Shown here one piece after another: positions 38,663-48,415 of a stretch of 64,000 bases of DNA. How positions within the stretch are numbered: position 1 is the stretch's first letter; each line of letters starts with the position of its first letter. Made by a program: the position numbers and the translations under genes. This DNA comes from Candidatus Bathyarchaeota archaeon (GTDB taxonomy: Archaea > Thermoproteota > Bathyarchaeia > 40CM-2-53-6). The notes beneath the pieces are model-generated. The model searched no databases. It was not told where the DNA came from and saw nothing but the letters and a program-made list of their open reading frames with translations. The stretch covers positions 1,024,001 to 1,088,000 of the forward strand of contig CAVTBR010000001.1 of NCBI GenBank assembly GCA_963733055.1, written 5' to 3'.

Positions 38663-39652
38663 CTAAGCCTTTTGTCCCGCACTCTCGAGGAATCGGTCGA
38701 TTTCTTCTTCGCCGCCTGTCAATGCAATGAAAGCTTCTTCCAGCGTCGGATCCTTAGTGTTAATTGTTCTGATCCTCGCCCCTACTTCAAGGAGCGTCGC
38801 TGCCACTTCTTCGGCGAGCGTCTCCGTTCGTTCACAACTAATCTGAAGTTTCGAATCAACATACTTTACGCTACAAACGTGTTTCATGACTTTGAGTTTG
38901 AGTCGTATCTTGTCAAGTTGAGCCTTTGTTAATTCGGGCGTCTCCACTTCCACCATCGAGAGTTCGCTCACACTATGCTTCAGTTCGTTCGGCGTCCCAA
39001 CCTGTACTAGCCTACCCGCGAACATTATCCCGACCCGGTCGCAGATCTTCTCAGGTTCGCCCATGTAATGCGTGGTCCAGATCACCGTCACGCCTTGTTC
39101 GCATTGTTTCTTCGTGAAATCCTGAAGCGCGATCGCTGATTGAGGGTCGAGGCCGGAGGTCACCTCGTCAAGAAATAGGACCTGCGGGCTATGAAGCAAA
39201 GCGGCGCATATCATCGCCTTCTTCGCCCACCCAGTAGAAAGTGCACCTACGAGTCGTGTCGCCTTTTCCCTGAAAGCGAACATATCCATCAACTCCCGTA
39301 TCCTAACCTCTGCTTTGGGGCGGGGGATTTCATAGAGGGTACTCAGCAGTTTCAGGTTCTCCTCGATAGTCAGGTCCTTGTACAGAGAGACTCCCTCAGA
39401 AACCACTCCAATCTGTCGCCTAACCTCAGCCGCCTGGTGGCGAATATCATAGCCCACAACATTCGCAGTGCCACGTGTAGGCTCGATTAGGGTGCAAAGC
39501 ATTCGGACGGTAGTAGTTTTCCCCGCGCCGTTAGGCCCAAGCAGGCCAAACAACTCTCCTTTGCCTACCCCTATGCTTAGGCCATCGACCGCGGGAAAAT
39601 GACCGAAGACTTTGGTCAAATCCCTGGTTACTATTGCTTCCTCGGGCATCAT
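38663..39652 (-). CDS. ABC transporter ATP-binding protein
   Basis: GPNGAGKT, LSTGW signature variant, FLDEVTSGLDP; start trimmed to MMPEEAI. Confidence 0.9.
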   Translation of the reverse strand: MMPEEAIVTRDLTKVFGHFPAVDGLSIGVGKGELFGLLGPNGAGKTTTVRMLCTLIEPTRGTANVVGYDIRHQAAEVRRQIGVVSEGVSLYKDLTIEENLKLLSTLYEIPRPKAEVRIRELMDMFAFREKATRLVGALSTGWAKKAMICAALLHSPQVLFLDEVTSGLDPQSAIALQDFTKKQCEQGVTVIWTTHYMGEPEKICDRVGIMFAGRLVQVGTPNELKHSVSELSMVEVETPELTKAQLDKIRLKLKVMKHVCSVKYVDSKLQISCERTETLAEEVAATLLEVGARIRTINTKDPTLEEAFIALTGGEEEIDRFLESAGQKA

Positions 39653-39707
39653 CAATCGCCCTGCATTATTCTCGTTGAAGTTGGAGCAATGAAACTGACT
39701 CTTGAGG

Positions 39708-40259
39708 TTATTGCCTTGCGTGCCATTCAATGTCGCCCTTATTCTCCCTGTGGTTCGCCACGCGTGCCATTACGAAGAGTAGATCGGATAAACGATTCAT
39801 GTATGGGAGCATTTGCTCATTCACCGTTTCAGCCTTGCTTAGTGTGACAATGCGCCTCTCCGCTCGTCTTGCGACTGTGCGCGCGTTGTGCAGTAACGAG
39901 CCTCCGACGCCCCCGCCAGGCAGTATGAAAGCCTTCAGAGGGGTCAGTTCAGCTTCGAATTTGTCAATCGTCTGTTCCATGCTCGTGATCTTTTCTGCGG
40001 TGATACGCGGGACATTGCGTTGTTGATGATCCCCTGTTGAAGCTAGATCTGCGCCCACTACGAAAAGGTCCTTCTGAAGTTCCGCCAGTAGATCGTCTAG
40101 CTCACGGTCTTTCAGGAACGCCCTCGCGATTCCAAGAACGGAATTCAGTTCGTCCACACTGCCATAGGCATCCACGCGCAACGAGTCTTTGGATACTCTT
40201 GCCCCGCCCACCAGGCCCGTCTCGCCCTTGTCACCCGTCCGAGTGTATATTCTAGCCAA
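39708..40259 (-). CDS. pduO: PduO-type ATP:cob(I)alamin adenosyltransferase
   Basis: IYTRTGDKGET, YGSVDELNS, FILPGG, RRAER, NRLSDLLF. Confidence 0.93.
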   Translation of the reverse strand: MARIYTRTGDKGETGLVGGARVSKDSLRVDAYGSVDELNSVLGIARAFLKDRELDDLLAELQKDLFVVGADLASTGDHQQRNVPRITAEKITSMEQTIDKFEAELTPLKAFILPGGGVGGSLLHNARTVARRAERRIVTLSKAETVNEQMLPYMNRLSDLLFVMARVANHRENKGDIEWHARQ

Positions 40260-40332
40260 CTTCCCGCCCCAGCGTAACAGGACGGGAGAGAAATTTAGGG
40301 ACGGCGGTGTCTACTCCCATCCGTGCACCGAG

Positions 40333-41205
40333 TTGAAAGCAGGCGTCCTACTAGACGAACCGAAAATCCTGCCAGGTTTCGATTACGTATTTTATGAGGT
40401 CAAGCCGTCCAGCGGGAGACCCCTCACACCACTTCCGCACGCCTGGAACGTCGTAAACTGCTTCGCAGATAACACGATGGCCGAGAAGAACCCAAACCTA
40501 GTCGCCACCTGCCGGGGAGAATGGGCGCGGAGAGGGACACCACGGCGGTTCTTGTGGGACTGGATCTGCCCAAGCAAACCAGAGTATCGGGAATATTGTC
40601 TGAAGTTCATCCGGCAGGTCGCCGATCGGGACGTCGCCGGGATCAGATTGGACAGCGTATGCTTTCCAAGGGAAGGATACTGCGACTGCCTAACCTGCAC
40701 ACAAGGCCAACAGAACAGCGGAGGAGATGTCCTTGATTGGCGCGCCGAGCAGATAGGTTCGTTTGTTCGCGAAGTGAGAGAGAATATCTCATGCGAATTA
40801 GGTTTGACCATTGAACCTGACCCTTGCTACGGGAGGGAAAGATTCGGGTTGGACCTAGCGGAGCTTTCAAAATACGTTGACTTCATTTCGACTCCACTCT
40901 ACATGGACTACTCCATCGTATATTGGTTGGACATACTCGCGAACTGCTTCCGAAGAAAAATCGCCAAACCCTATCACCTTGAGCTCTACGCGGGTCACCC
41001 CCGAGCCCCAACTAAGAATCTGATCTCCGCCTTAGCGGTCGCATCAACCTACGCCGACACAATAATCCTCTCAACATACCAAGCTCACATAGCCCAAAGC
41101 CTACAGAAGGAAATAGCCACCGACCCCTCGGTGTGGAAGTTCTTCGAAGAACGCGGTTGTGTAAACATGGTTGAAATCATTGAGCAATGGAAGAAACTGA
41201 TGTGA
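40333..41205 (+). CDS. Putative glycoside-hydrolase-like TIM-barrel protein with CxCxxC insert
   Basis: WICPS.PEYR, GIRLDSVCFP, YCDCLTC, WRAEQI. Confidence 0.6.
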   Translation: MKAGVLLDEPKILPGFDYVFYEVKPSSGRPLTPLPHAWNVVNCFADNTMAEKNPNLVATCRGEWARRGTPRRFLWDWICPSKPEYREYCLKFIRQVADRDVAGIRLDSVCFPREGYCDCLTCTQGQQNSGGDVLDWRAEQIGSFVREVRENISCELGLTIEPDPCYGRERFGLDLAELSKYVDFISTPLYMDYSIVYWLDILANCFRRKIAKPYHLELYAGHPRAPTKNLISALAVASTYADTIILSTYQAHIAQSLQKEIATDPSVWKFFEERGCVNMVEIIEQWKKLM

Positions 41206-41864
41206 CGAAGATCAATCGCCCTCGGAAAGCGAGAGTAAAGGAGGTGCGGTCGAAACCTCTTCTACCACTCATAACGGATTTGATATTCGTTGTAATCGCT
41301 GCGTACCTCCTGCTAAACTACGTACGCTCTCTACTCTTGTACGCGGAGTTGCCGCTGTTCGTAATCCGGCAAGCGTTCTTCATAACCTACCTTCTCATCG
41401 CCCTCATTCTTCTAGCGGCAAGAGACAGGGCGCTATCGTTTACGCCAAAACCGGTTGACTACGTCTATACGGGCATTGGATTGGGTTCGCCCTTACTGTT
41501 CCAATCGGCTCCAAACGGAGAACAACTCATGGTCGGTCCCGTCTTAGAATTCGCGGGTTTGGTCTTGGTTGTAGCTGCTTTCTTATCATTGAATCGTAGT
41601 TTCGGTCTCGCTCCCGAGAACCGAGGTATCAAAACTGCCGGCGCGTATCGCCTCGTTCGTCACCCTATGTATCTCGGTTACATACTGGCCGAGATCGGTT
41701 TTGCTCTCGACAACTCCTCGCCCTATAACCTCCTCATCCTTGGAATGTCGGTTCTATTTCTCCTTCTGCGATTACGAGCTGAAGAGCAACTTCTGCAACA
41801 AGACCGAGCATACAGAAGGTACGCAAAGAAGACCCGCTGGAAGCTTGTACCTTTCGTATTCTGA
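41187..41864 (+). CDS. Isoprenylcysteine carboxyl methyltransferase / PEMT family membrane protein
   Basis: TAGAYRLVRHPMYLG, RAEEQLL. Confidence 0.85.
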   Translation: MEETDVTKINRPRKARVKEVRSKPLLPLITDLIFVVIAAYLLLNYVRSLLLYAELPLFVIRQAFFITYLLIALILLAARDRALSFTPKPVDYVYTGIGLGSPLLFQSAPNGEQLMVGPVLEFAGLVLVVAAFLSLNRSFGLAPENRGIKTAGAYRLVRHPMYLGYILAEIGFALDNSSPYNLLILGMSVLFLLLRLRAEEQLLQQDRAYRRYAKKTRWKLVPFVF

Positions 41865-41911
41865 AACTCGAGGCTTCGGTGCACTTTCGATGAATTCGTT
41901 CGATTGCGGTT

Positions 41912-42481
41912 TCAGGTGTCCTCCGGGGTAGGTTCGATTTTTCTCACGGATGCCTGCGGAAACCTGCCGGATTCTGTTAATTGGATTAATAGGTGCAATT
42001 CCTTTCGAGCTCGTTTTGCTAGAGAGTTGGAGATGACGTGTCTTGCAATCGCCCGTTGGAATTCATCTTCGTCGAGCACTATACAGCGTCCTCCCGGAGT
42101 AATCCAAAGATCCAGGAAGAGGTCTGTAATTATCGAAGTCTTGGCGGTGTTAGAAAGGAGTCTTGAAATCGGCCTGATTATATCACAGTAGTATCCTGTG
42201 AACCTGCGTTTTCTATCGTAGAATTTTCCGACGTCGTACCATCTTCCTCTGAAAATGAACCACTCCGCGACGTACCCTTTAGCAACCATTACCTTGCCGA
42301 ATTCACGTCGCGGGTTTCTCACTCGTAATCGTTGTTCAATTACTAGTCGATTCGGGCTTTCCTCGCGCAGCAGTCCCTGGAATCGCCTGATTCCGCCCGG
42401 TAGACGTCTGTACTGTATGGTTACTCGGCGAGGAAGCACGTTCAAAGGCATGGTGGGACGTTTGTTGCGAGAGCCCAACAT
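41912..42481 (-). CDS. DUF402 domain protein
   Basis: GYYCDI, TDLFLDLWI, VLDEDEF. Confidence 0.85.
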   Translation of the reverse strand: MLGSRNKRPTMPLNVLPRRVTIQYRRLPGGIRRFQGLLREESPNRLVIEQRLRVRNPRREFGKVMVAKGYVAEWFIFRGRWYDVGKFYDRKRRFTGYYCDIIRPISRLLSNTAKTSIITDLFLDLWITPGGRCIVLDEDEFQRAIARHVISNSLAKRARKELHLLIQLTESGRFPQASVRKIEPTPEDT

Positions 42482-42519
42482 TAATTGGGTTTGTGTTCAT
42501 GCTACACAGTACGTAATGG

Positions 42520-43591
42520 TTGGTGACGGTCAGAGTGGTGTCTTCGTTTAGGAGCGTGGCAATTGGTTGCTGTTTCCTACTTGCTACGCTTGTTGGCATC
42601 CTGATGCTCGCGTATGATGATTTGCTGAGGATCACGCCCAATTATCATTGGGTTGTCGTGATTGCGTTCTGCGTTATGGATGCGATACTGGGAGTGCAGG
42701 TGCTGATGACGGCCGCTGTGGGCGTGTGGGAGAAGATTGCAATTCGTGTGGCGGCCGTCTGGTCTCTATTCGTTCTGGTGGCTGTGCTTGGGGATGTTGT
42801 TTTAACGCTTCAACTTCCAGCCGACTATCCGATCATTACTGTTTGGCAATCGTTTCAGTATCTTTTCTTGGGCTTGAACGGAAACCCAGTTCCATTCGCA
42901 GTTCCCGCCCTATTTACGCTCCAAGCCATCGCAGCTTTGCTAGGGCTAGTTCCAGGTAAGGGTGGTAGTTGGTTTCATGTTGACTCATTGCCGACTCGGA
43001 AAACCATCGTAGCAATAGCGTTGATTGCATTGGTTGTGATGGGTATGAGGCCCACCTACCTCTTCTTGGGCTCAAACGGACTGTTGTCCACGGTGGTGCC
43101 CGCTTCGTCGAAACGCGACCCAGATAACACCACCTCCTCTGAAGCAATCTCCCTTGCCTTACGATTTGTCGAACAGGACTGTGTTCGTGACCCTAGTGGC
43201 CGTCGTCAACCCTATGCTGCCTTACAATTTCAACGACACGCGGTTTGGCCATTTGGTAATCTATATTCCCGCAAATTGGACGATACATTTGATCTTCATA
43301 AATCGGGAAGGTTTTCCGCACAGCGCGGTACTGATGGAGGCTAATGCACCTTCGCCCACAACTATCGATCCGACAGCGATCATTCTTGGCCAAATCCCCC
43401 ACGATGCCATGACGGGCGGTTTTCTGCTGAACGGTGAATCGGGTTCTATGATAGTCCATGGTTTAGCGTCGGGAAGATACTGGGTGGTGTGCGCGTTCAA
43501 CTACCCGGTCCCACACGCTGAGGAAGGAATGTGGGTTGTTGTACAGGTTGCAAACCAAGTTAATGCTCCATACTTCGCAATACTCCCGTAA
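42520..43591 (+). CDS. Membrane domain fused to a sulfocyanin (SoxE)-like copper domain, frameshift near 43112
   Basis: NFN...G...IYIPANW, N....PHS, GRYWVVC..HAEEGMW; removing one A of AAACGCG joins ORFs 42520 and 43154. Confidence 0.78.
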
Positions 43592-43796
43592 CGTTCTCGA
43601 AAACGTGCTTCCCGCGATCACTATTGTGATTCGTCGAATCTACTCTTCTTCGGCGATAGAGGCTCTACACAGTTATTGCCAAGTTAATGGAATTTTCCTG
43701 GGCGCGATGGCTATACAATATGTGCTCGCAGGTATACAATTCTATTATCTAGTCTCACACGACAGGCGCTAAGACGATACGTACAGCGAACAGGAC

Positions 43797-44090
43797 TTGA
43801 GCGTTGGAATGAAGCGAAGTCGCGAGTCATACTTCGTCTACATTCTTCTCTGCGCCGATGGCAGCTACTACACAGGATACACAAACAACCCAGCCAACAG
43901 ATTCATGCAACATTCGAAGGGCCAAGGAGCCCGTTATACAAAGATGCACAAACCACACGGCATCGCCTACCTCCAAAGCCTCAAAACTCGAAGTGAGGCA
44001 ATGAGACGAGAACGACAAATCAAAACATACACGCATGAGCAGAAACGGAGCCTCATAGAAAGCGTAGCGCGCGTAGAAACCGAAAAGTGA
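43797..44090 (+). CDS. GIY-YIG nuclease family protein (UPF0213-like)
   Basis: YFVYILLCADGSYYTGYT, GARYT, EAMRRE.QIK. Confidence 0.9.
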   Translation: MSVGMKRSRESYFVYILLCADGSYYTGYTNNPANRFMQHSKGQGARYTKMHKPHGIAYLQSLKTRSEAMRRERQIKTYTHEQKRSLIESVARVETEK

Positions 44091-44155
44091 TGCATACCAA
44101 GACACCCATGCCTCAGGAGTGAAGTCCTAATGTCTCAACTATCTTGCGATTCTAC

Positions 44156-45247
44156 CTATTTGACGATCGTTACGATGTCGTGGTCTTGGACGACGTGATC
44201 CATTCCGACACGCTGCGGGCTGAATCTTACGCTCTTCCCTGAGACTAAGGCGAATTTGGCCTCGCCTGCGAATTTTCTATGGATTTTTTCGCATACATCG
44301 TAGATCGTTGATCCGGCTGTGATGATGAGGGGGTCTTCGAAGTCGGGTGAGCCGTTGCGTGGTTTCAAGTAGACTTTGATCAGCTGTAGGCGATCAAAGA
44401 TTGCTTTCTTCAATTCATCCAAGTTCACGCTGTGATCCGCCGAGATTGGGATTATGTCTTGACCGATTCGTCCTCTTGCTTCGGTTACGTACTTGGGGCT
44501 GACCAGGTCTATCTTGTTGAGAATTGTTACTGAAGGGATGTATTTGCGGTTTCCAACTATTAGGTCGATGAGTTGGTCGTCGGTTATGTCCTCTCGGAGG
44601 ATGATGCTGCCGTGGTTGATTTTGTAGATGTTCATTATTGCGCGGACGGTGGCTTCGGTTAGATGGGTTAGTTTGCAGGCTGCGGTTATGCCCAACCCGC
44701 CCTGAGTGGCTCGGTTTATCGTAACATTAGGAGGTCGCGTGTCGAGCCTGATTCCAATCTCATAGAGCTCCTTGACCAAGGTGCTGACTTGGTCCGGTTG
44801 GAATACATCTAGAACGAGTAGGATTAGGTCAGCGTTCTTCGCAACCGACAGAACCCGTTTTCCTCTACCTGTGCCAGTTGCCGCTCCTGAGATGATTCCG
44901 GGTAGATCAAGAATTTGTATCCTCGCCCCTTGGTACTCGAGCAGGCCTGGGACGACGGTTAAGGTTGTGAACGCGTATGGAGCGACCCTGGATTTGGCGT
45001 TCGTAAGGTGGTTTAGGATGGTTGACTTTCCTACGCTTGGTAAGCCAATCAGGACGACGGTGCAATCCCCACCCTTCTTCAGTTCGAACCCTGCGCCACT
45101 CTGTTTGGAGGATTGCGCGTGTTCTTGTTCCGCCTTGAGTTTAGCAAGTTTGGCCTTCAGCAAACCTATGTGGTGTTCGGTGTGTTTGTGTATCTGAGTA
45201 TGGCTCATCTCCTCCTCGATGGCCTTGATCTTCTCAGGTACTCCCAT
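44156..45247 (-). CDS. DRG/OBG-family GTPase with TGS domain
   Basis: GLPSVGKS, YAFTTL, DLPGII, NKID. Confidence 0.93.
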   Translation of the reverse strand: MGVPEKIKAIEEEMSHTQIHKHTEHHIGLLKAKLAKLKAEQEHAQSSKQSGAGFELKKGGDCTVVLIGLPSVGKSTILNHLTNAKSRVAPYAFTTLTVVPGLLEYQGARIQILDLPGIISGAATGTGRGKRVLSVAKNADLILLVLDVFQPDQVSTLVKELYEIGIRLDTRPPNVTINRATQGGLGITAACKLTHLTEATVRAIMNIYKINHGSIILREDITDDQLIDLIVGNRKYIPSVTILNKIDLVSPKYVTEARGRIGQDIIPISADHSVNLDELKKAIFDRLQLIKVYLKPRNGSPDFEDPLIITAGSTIYDVCEKIHRKFAGEAKFALVSGKSVRFSPQRVGMDHVVQDHDIVTIVK

Positions 45248-45311
45248 ACTCGCCTTCTCCAGTTACGAACTTGGTTACAATTGGCAATAAACCGAACTTC
45301 AGAGGCTTCTT

Positions 45312-45632
45312 TCACTTCGGGTTTTCGCAAGTCGGAGAAAGCGCATAGTGGTTCTTCTTCGCCTCTTGGAACGCATTCGCGTCAAACCCCTTGTCAGCCT
45401 TGTAAATTACCTTATGGCAAGTTCCGCATTCAATTCCGGTAGGGTCCAGGGTCGGCGCTTGCCTTCCAGCGCCGGCTAAGAGTAGGCCTTTCGGCGCAAT
45501 ACGCTTGATCGGCCCGCCGAGTTCAACCGAATCCTTTCTGGGGGCTGGTCTCCACTCGGCGCCACCACATCTAGAACATTTCTGCCGATTGGTTTTAGCC
45601 GCTAAACCGCATGATGCGCATATCCAATTCAT
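45312..45632 (-). CDS. Small zinc-finger-like hypothetical protein
   Basis: CxxC..CxxC at N-terminus; CxxC..H..C at C-terminus. Confidence 0.55.
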   Translation of the reverse strand: MNWICASCGLAAKTNRQKCSRCGGAEWRPAPRKDSVELGGPIKRIAPKGLLLAGAGRQAPTLDPTGIECGTCHKVIYKADKGFDANAFQEAKKNHYALSPTCENPK

Positions 45633-45880
45633 TTCTAAGCCATCGCGTAGGAGAATAGTTGACTCCTAGTGTTTCTATTCAAGTTGTCTTGTGATTGTGA
45701 AACCCTAACAGGAGCATTGGTTACCCAGAAAATCATCGCGTTATATTTGTGGGGATTTCACGTTTAGGTTCACGTTGGGCGTTATCCCCGACCCCAATTG
45801 ATCGGTTAATTGTTTTGGATCACGAGAGAAGGGTAGTGCGTATGTAGAAGATAAAGGGCACGGGTCATTTCCCGCGAGAT

Positions 45881-46042
45881 TCACCATCGTTTGTAGTACT
45901 TTCGGTGTCTACCGCATCGCGTGCAGGTGGCGTCACGGTAGGGTTTGCCGATGGAGGGTTTCTTCCGTTCCCAAGCAAGATCATGTTTCGTTTCGGATTC
46001 GCACTTCTCACAGTAGAGCGTTACCCATTCGACCAAGCCCAA
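45881..46042 (-). CDS. 53-aa zinc-ribbon microprotein (not in ORF track)
   Basis: MGLVEWVTLYCEKCESETKH...DATCTRCGRHRKYYKRW. Confidence 0.6.
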   Translation of the reverse strand: MGLVEWVTLYCEKCESETKHDLAWERKKPSIGKPYRDATCTRCGRHRKYYKRW

Positions 46043-46292
46043 ACATCCCCTTGGAGTGCGCTAGTTCGCCCCCACGCTTAGGATCCCGCCCGTAACTGTC
46101 TAGTTCCCATAGATTGGAATACTCCGGCGGGAGTTTCTTCAGTTTCTTGATTGAGTGGATCTGGATAGTCGCTTGAGCTAATGGGCCGCTTTTGACGGAG
46201 AACATGTAGGTTGAGGAGGCTTCTCCTCTGCTGCGAATTTCAATCTGCAACCCCTTACAATGAGACTTACCTCGACGTCCAGCAATCAGCAA
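46008..46292 (-). CDS. Hypothetical protein; frame stays open upstream to about 46409
   Basis: Protein-like ORF; start uncertain. Confidence 0.45.
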   Translation of the reverse strand: MLIAGRRGKSHCKGLQIEIRSRGEASSTYMFSVKSGPLAQATIQIHSIKKLKKLPPEYSNLWELDSYGRDPKRGGELAHSKGMFGLGRMGNALL

Positions 46293-46601
46293 AGAGTCAT
46301 GGAACCCAGTAAGGCTGAGGTTATGCTTCCTCGCAAGTTGAAGTAGGTAAATCAGATCCCTATCCCGACCCCGAGCAGTCGGAACGTTTCCTATCCCTGG
46401 AATGATGTTTCAACTCCGCAGGCGGGGCACTACGACGTCATTCGTAATAAAATCGACGGGAATTATGCCCAAGAATCATGCCCGCGCGTGTGAGACCTAC
46501 TTGAACCTTCTGTTTTGCGGAGCCTTCAAAGCTATTATTGAACGGTCCCTTCGCAGTTGGGAAACAAGGTACAGTGCAGTCTCCTGCGGTTGGTGATTTA
46601 G

Positions 46602-48329
46602 CTGGTTGACTTCTGCTCCGAATGCGGGGCTTACATCTCTCCTAAGCAAGGGGGCTGTGCTCATTGCAAACCTCTTCAGGTCAAGGAATTTCAACCGCTC
46701 AACCTCCCAATTGCAAGCCTCACGAATGAGGATGTTCTAAGATACTTCCCATGTGCCACAATGAGAAAGTATCAGCGGGAGATTATTACCCAAACCGTTC
46801 AAGCCTATCAGTCTGGGAAGAAGTGCGTCATCGTAATCGCGCCTACGGGTTTCGGAAAGTCCCTCGTCAACGCCGCATTTACTTCAGTCACCAAGTCGTT
46901 CTACGTCACACCACAGCTAGCCCTCATTGATCAGTTACTCGCGGATCCTAACTTGAGAGGTCGCTTTGTTGAGATTAAGGGCCGCCAAAACTACCAATGC
47001 TACTACAGCCCGCGCCGCGGAGTGCACGTCGGCAAATGTGTGACGGAGGGATATCCTTGCAACGAACGTTTGGATGTCTGCCCATACTGGATGCAGAAAC
47101 ACCTGGCTTCACAATCGCCAAGTATCCTCATGAGCTTAGCCTACCTGATCTTTGAGGGCACGACGGAAGGAAGCGAAACCTACCTTGGAACACGACCCCT
47201 ACTCGTCTTAGATGAGGCCCATAACCTAGAAGAGCAATGCCTCAATCACATCTCCCTAAAATTCACACCCTTCTCAGTCCCATACGAAATCTATCACAAA
47301 CTTCTCCCCAACTTGAAGAATGTGCGTAGCAGGATCGACTTGGATGTCTTCCTAGCCGACGTTGCCGGCTACCTGAAACTAATGCTGGGACGCCTGGAAA
47401 CGAAGAGTGAACAGAACGCGATTTCGCTGATCGAAGCTGAGAATAGACAGCTCATGGAAAGGTTCCTTGAGAACTACAGCCTATTCATGTTCTCAAAATC
47501 CGAATGGGTTTGGAATGTTCGCAACGACCAACTCATCCTCCAACCAGTCTTCGCGAGAGAGTTCATGAAGGATCTGGTTTGGAAGAGAGGCGAGAATTTC
47601 CTGATTTCATCCGCCACTATCCTCGACCCGGATGAATACGTGAAGCTCAACGGCCTAACCGATCTCTTGAAAGAGGACGAGATTGAGATTCTCGAAGCGC
47701 CAAGTACATTCCCACCGGCAAACCGCCCGATAATTGATTCAAGCGTCGGCCCACTTACCATGCAACAATGGGACAACAACATGCCCTTAGCGGTGGCTGC
47801 TGTCGAAAAGATCCTCAACGAAGAGAAGGGTAACGTGGCAATTCATTCGCACTCTTATCGGCATCAACGCGCTCTGGTTGCCCATCTTTCACCGAAATTC
47901 AAAAGCAGGCTCATTGTGCATACAGGCGAGGACCGGGAAGAGAAACTGCAGGAATGGATGAGGTCCCGGGGTAAAGTCTTCGTTTCAGTCGCCTTCAATG
48001 AAGGGCAAGATTGGAAGTATGAAGTATGCTCCGCTCAAATCTTGTTTAAGGTTCCTTTCGCGGACATTGGTGATAGAAGGGTCAAGAGGCGGTTGGAGCT
48101 CGGGCATCGCCAGTGGTACTTGAATCAGGCGATGTTGGAAGTGATTCAAGCGTACGGCCGCGCGGTTAGGGCTGAGGACGATGTTGCGAGGTTCTATGTG
48201 GTCGATGGGAGTTGCACGGAATTGATCAAGAATACGTGGCAGTTCATCCCAGACTGGTTCAAAGCCGCCCTCCCAGCAACCTTCAAGCCGGACCCAATAA
48301 CGAACCCAACTCACGGATCTTCGTCTTAA
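46602..48329 (+). CDS. DinG/XPD (Rad3)-family Fe-S helicase with N-terminal zinc ribbon, probable CTG start
   Basis: APTGFGKS, KGRQNYQC plus three more Cys, DEAH, SSAT, QAYGRAVR; in-frame upstream CSECG..CAHC after GGTGA SD. Confidence 0.85.
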   Translation: MVDFCSECGAYISPKQGGCAHCKPLQVKEFQPLNLPIASLTNEDVLRYFPCATMRKYQREIITQTVQAYQSGKKCVIVIAPTGFGKSLVNAAFTSVTKSFYVTPQLALIDQLLADPNLRGRFVEIKGRQNYQCYYSPRRGVHVGKCVTEGYPCNERLDVCPYWMQKHLASQSPSILMSLAYLIFEGTTEGSETYLGTRPLLVLDEAHNLEEQCLNHISLKFTPFSVPYEIYHKLLPNLKNVRSRIDLDVFLADVAGYLKLMLGRLETKSEQNAISLIEAENRQLMERFLENYSLFMFSKSEWVWNVRNDQLILQPVFAREFMKDLVWKRGENFLISSATILDPDEYVKLNGLTDLLKEDEIEILEAPSTFPPANRPIIDSSVGPLTMQQWDNNMPLAVAAVEKILNEEKGNVAIHSHSYRHQRALVAHLSPKFKSRLIVHTGEDREEKLQEWMRSRGKVFVSVAFNEGQDWKYEVCSAQILFKVPFADIGDRRVKRRLELGHRQWYLNQAMLEVIQAYGRAVRAEDDVARFYVVDGSCTELIKNTWQFIPDWFKAALPATFKPDPITNPTHGSSS

Positions 48330-48415
48330 AACCTGGAACGCGTCTTCAACAGTAATTCGGGCGTCCCGTGTGGGCGAGTGTTCTGATAGAGCGTTGGGAA
48401 AGTTGCTTCGTCTAA

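Noticed and set aside
6943-43117. Programmed ribosomal frameshifting or mass pseudogenisation as the cause of split genes
   Set aside because: No shared slippery heptamers; breaks follow a DNA motif on the + strand irrespective of gene orientation and hit conserved genes such as hef, which fits a sequencing artefact better
43797-44090. GIY-YIG gene as a homing endonuclease or mobile element
   Set aside because: Short stand-alone UPF0213-type protein with no intron, intein or flanking repeats
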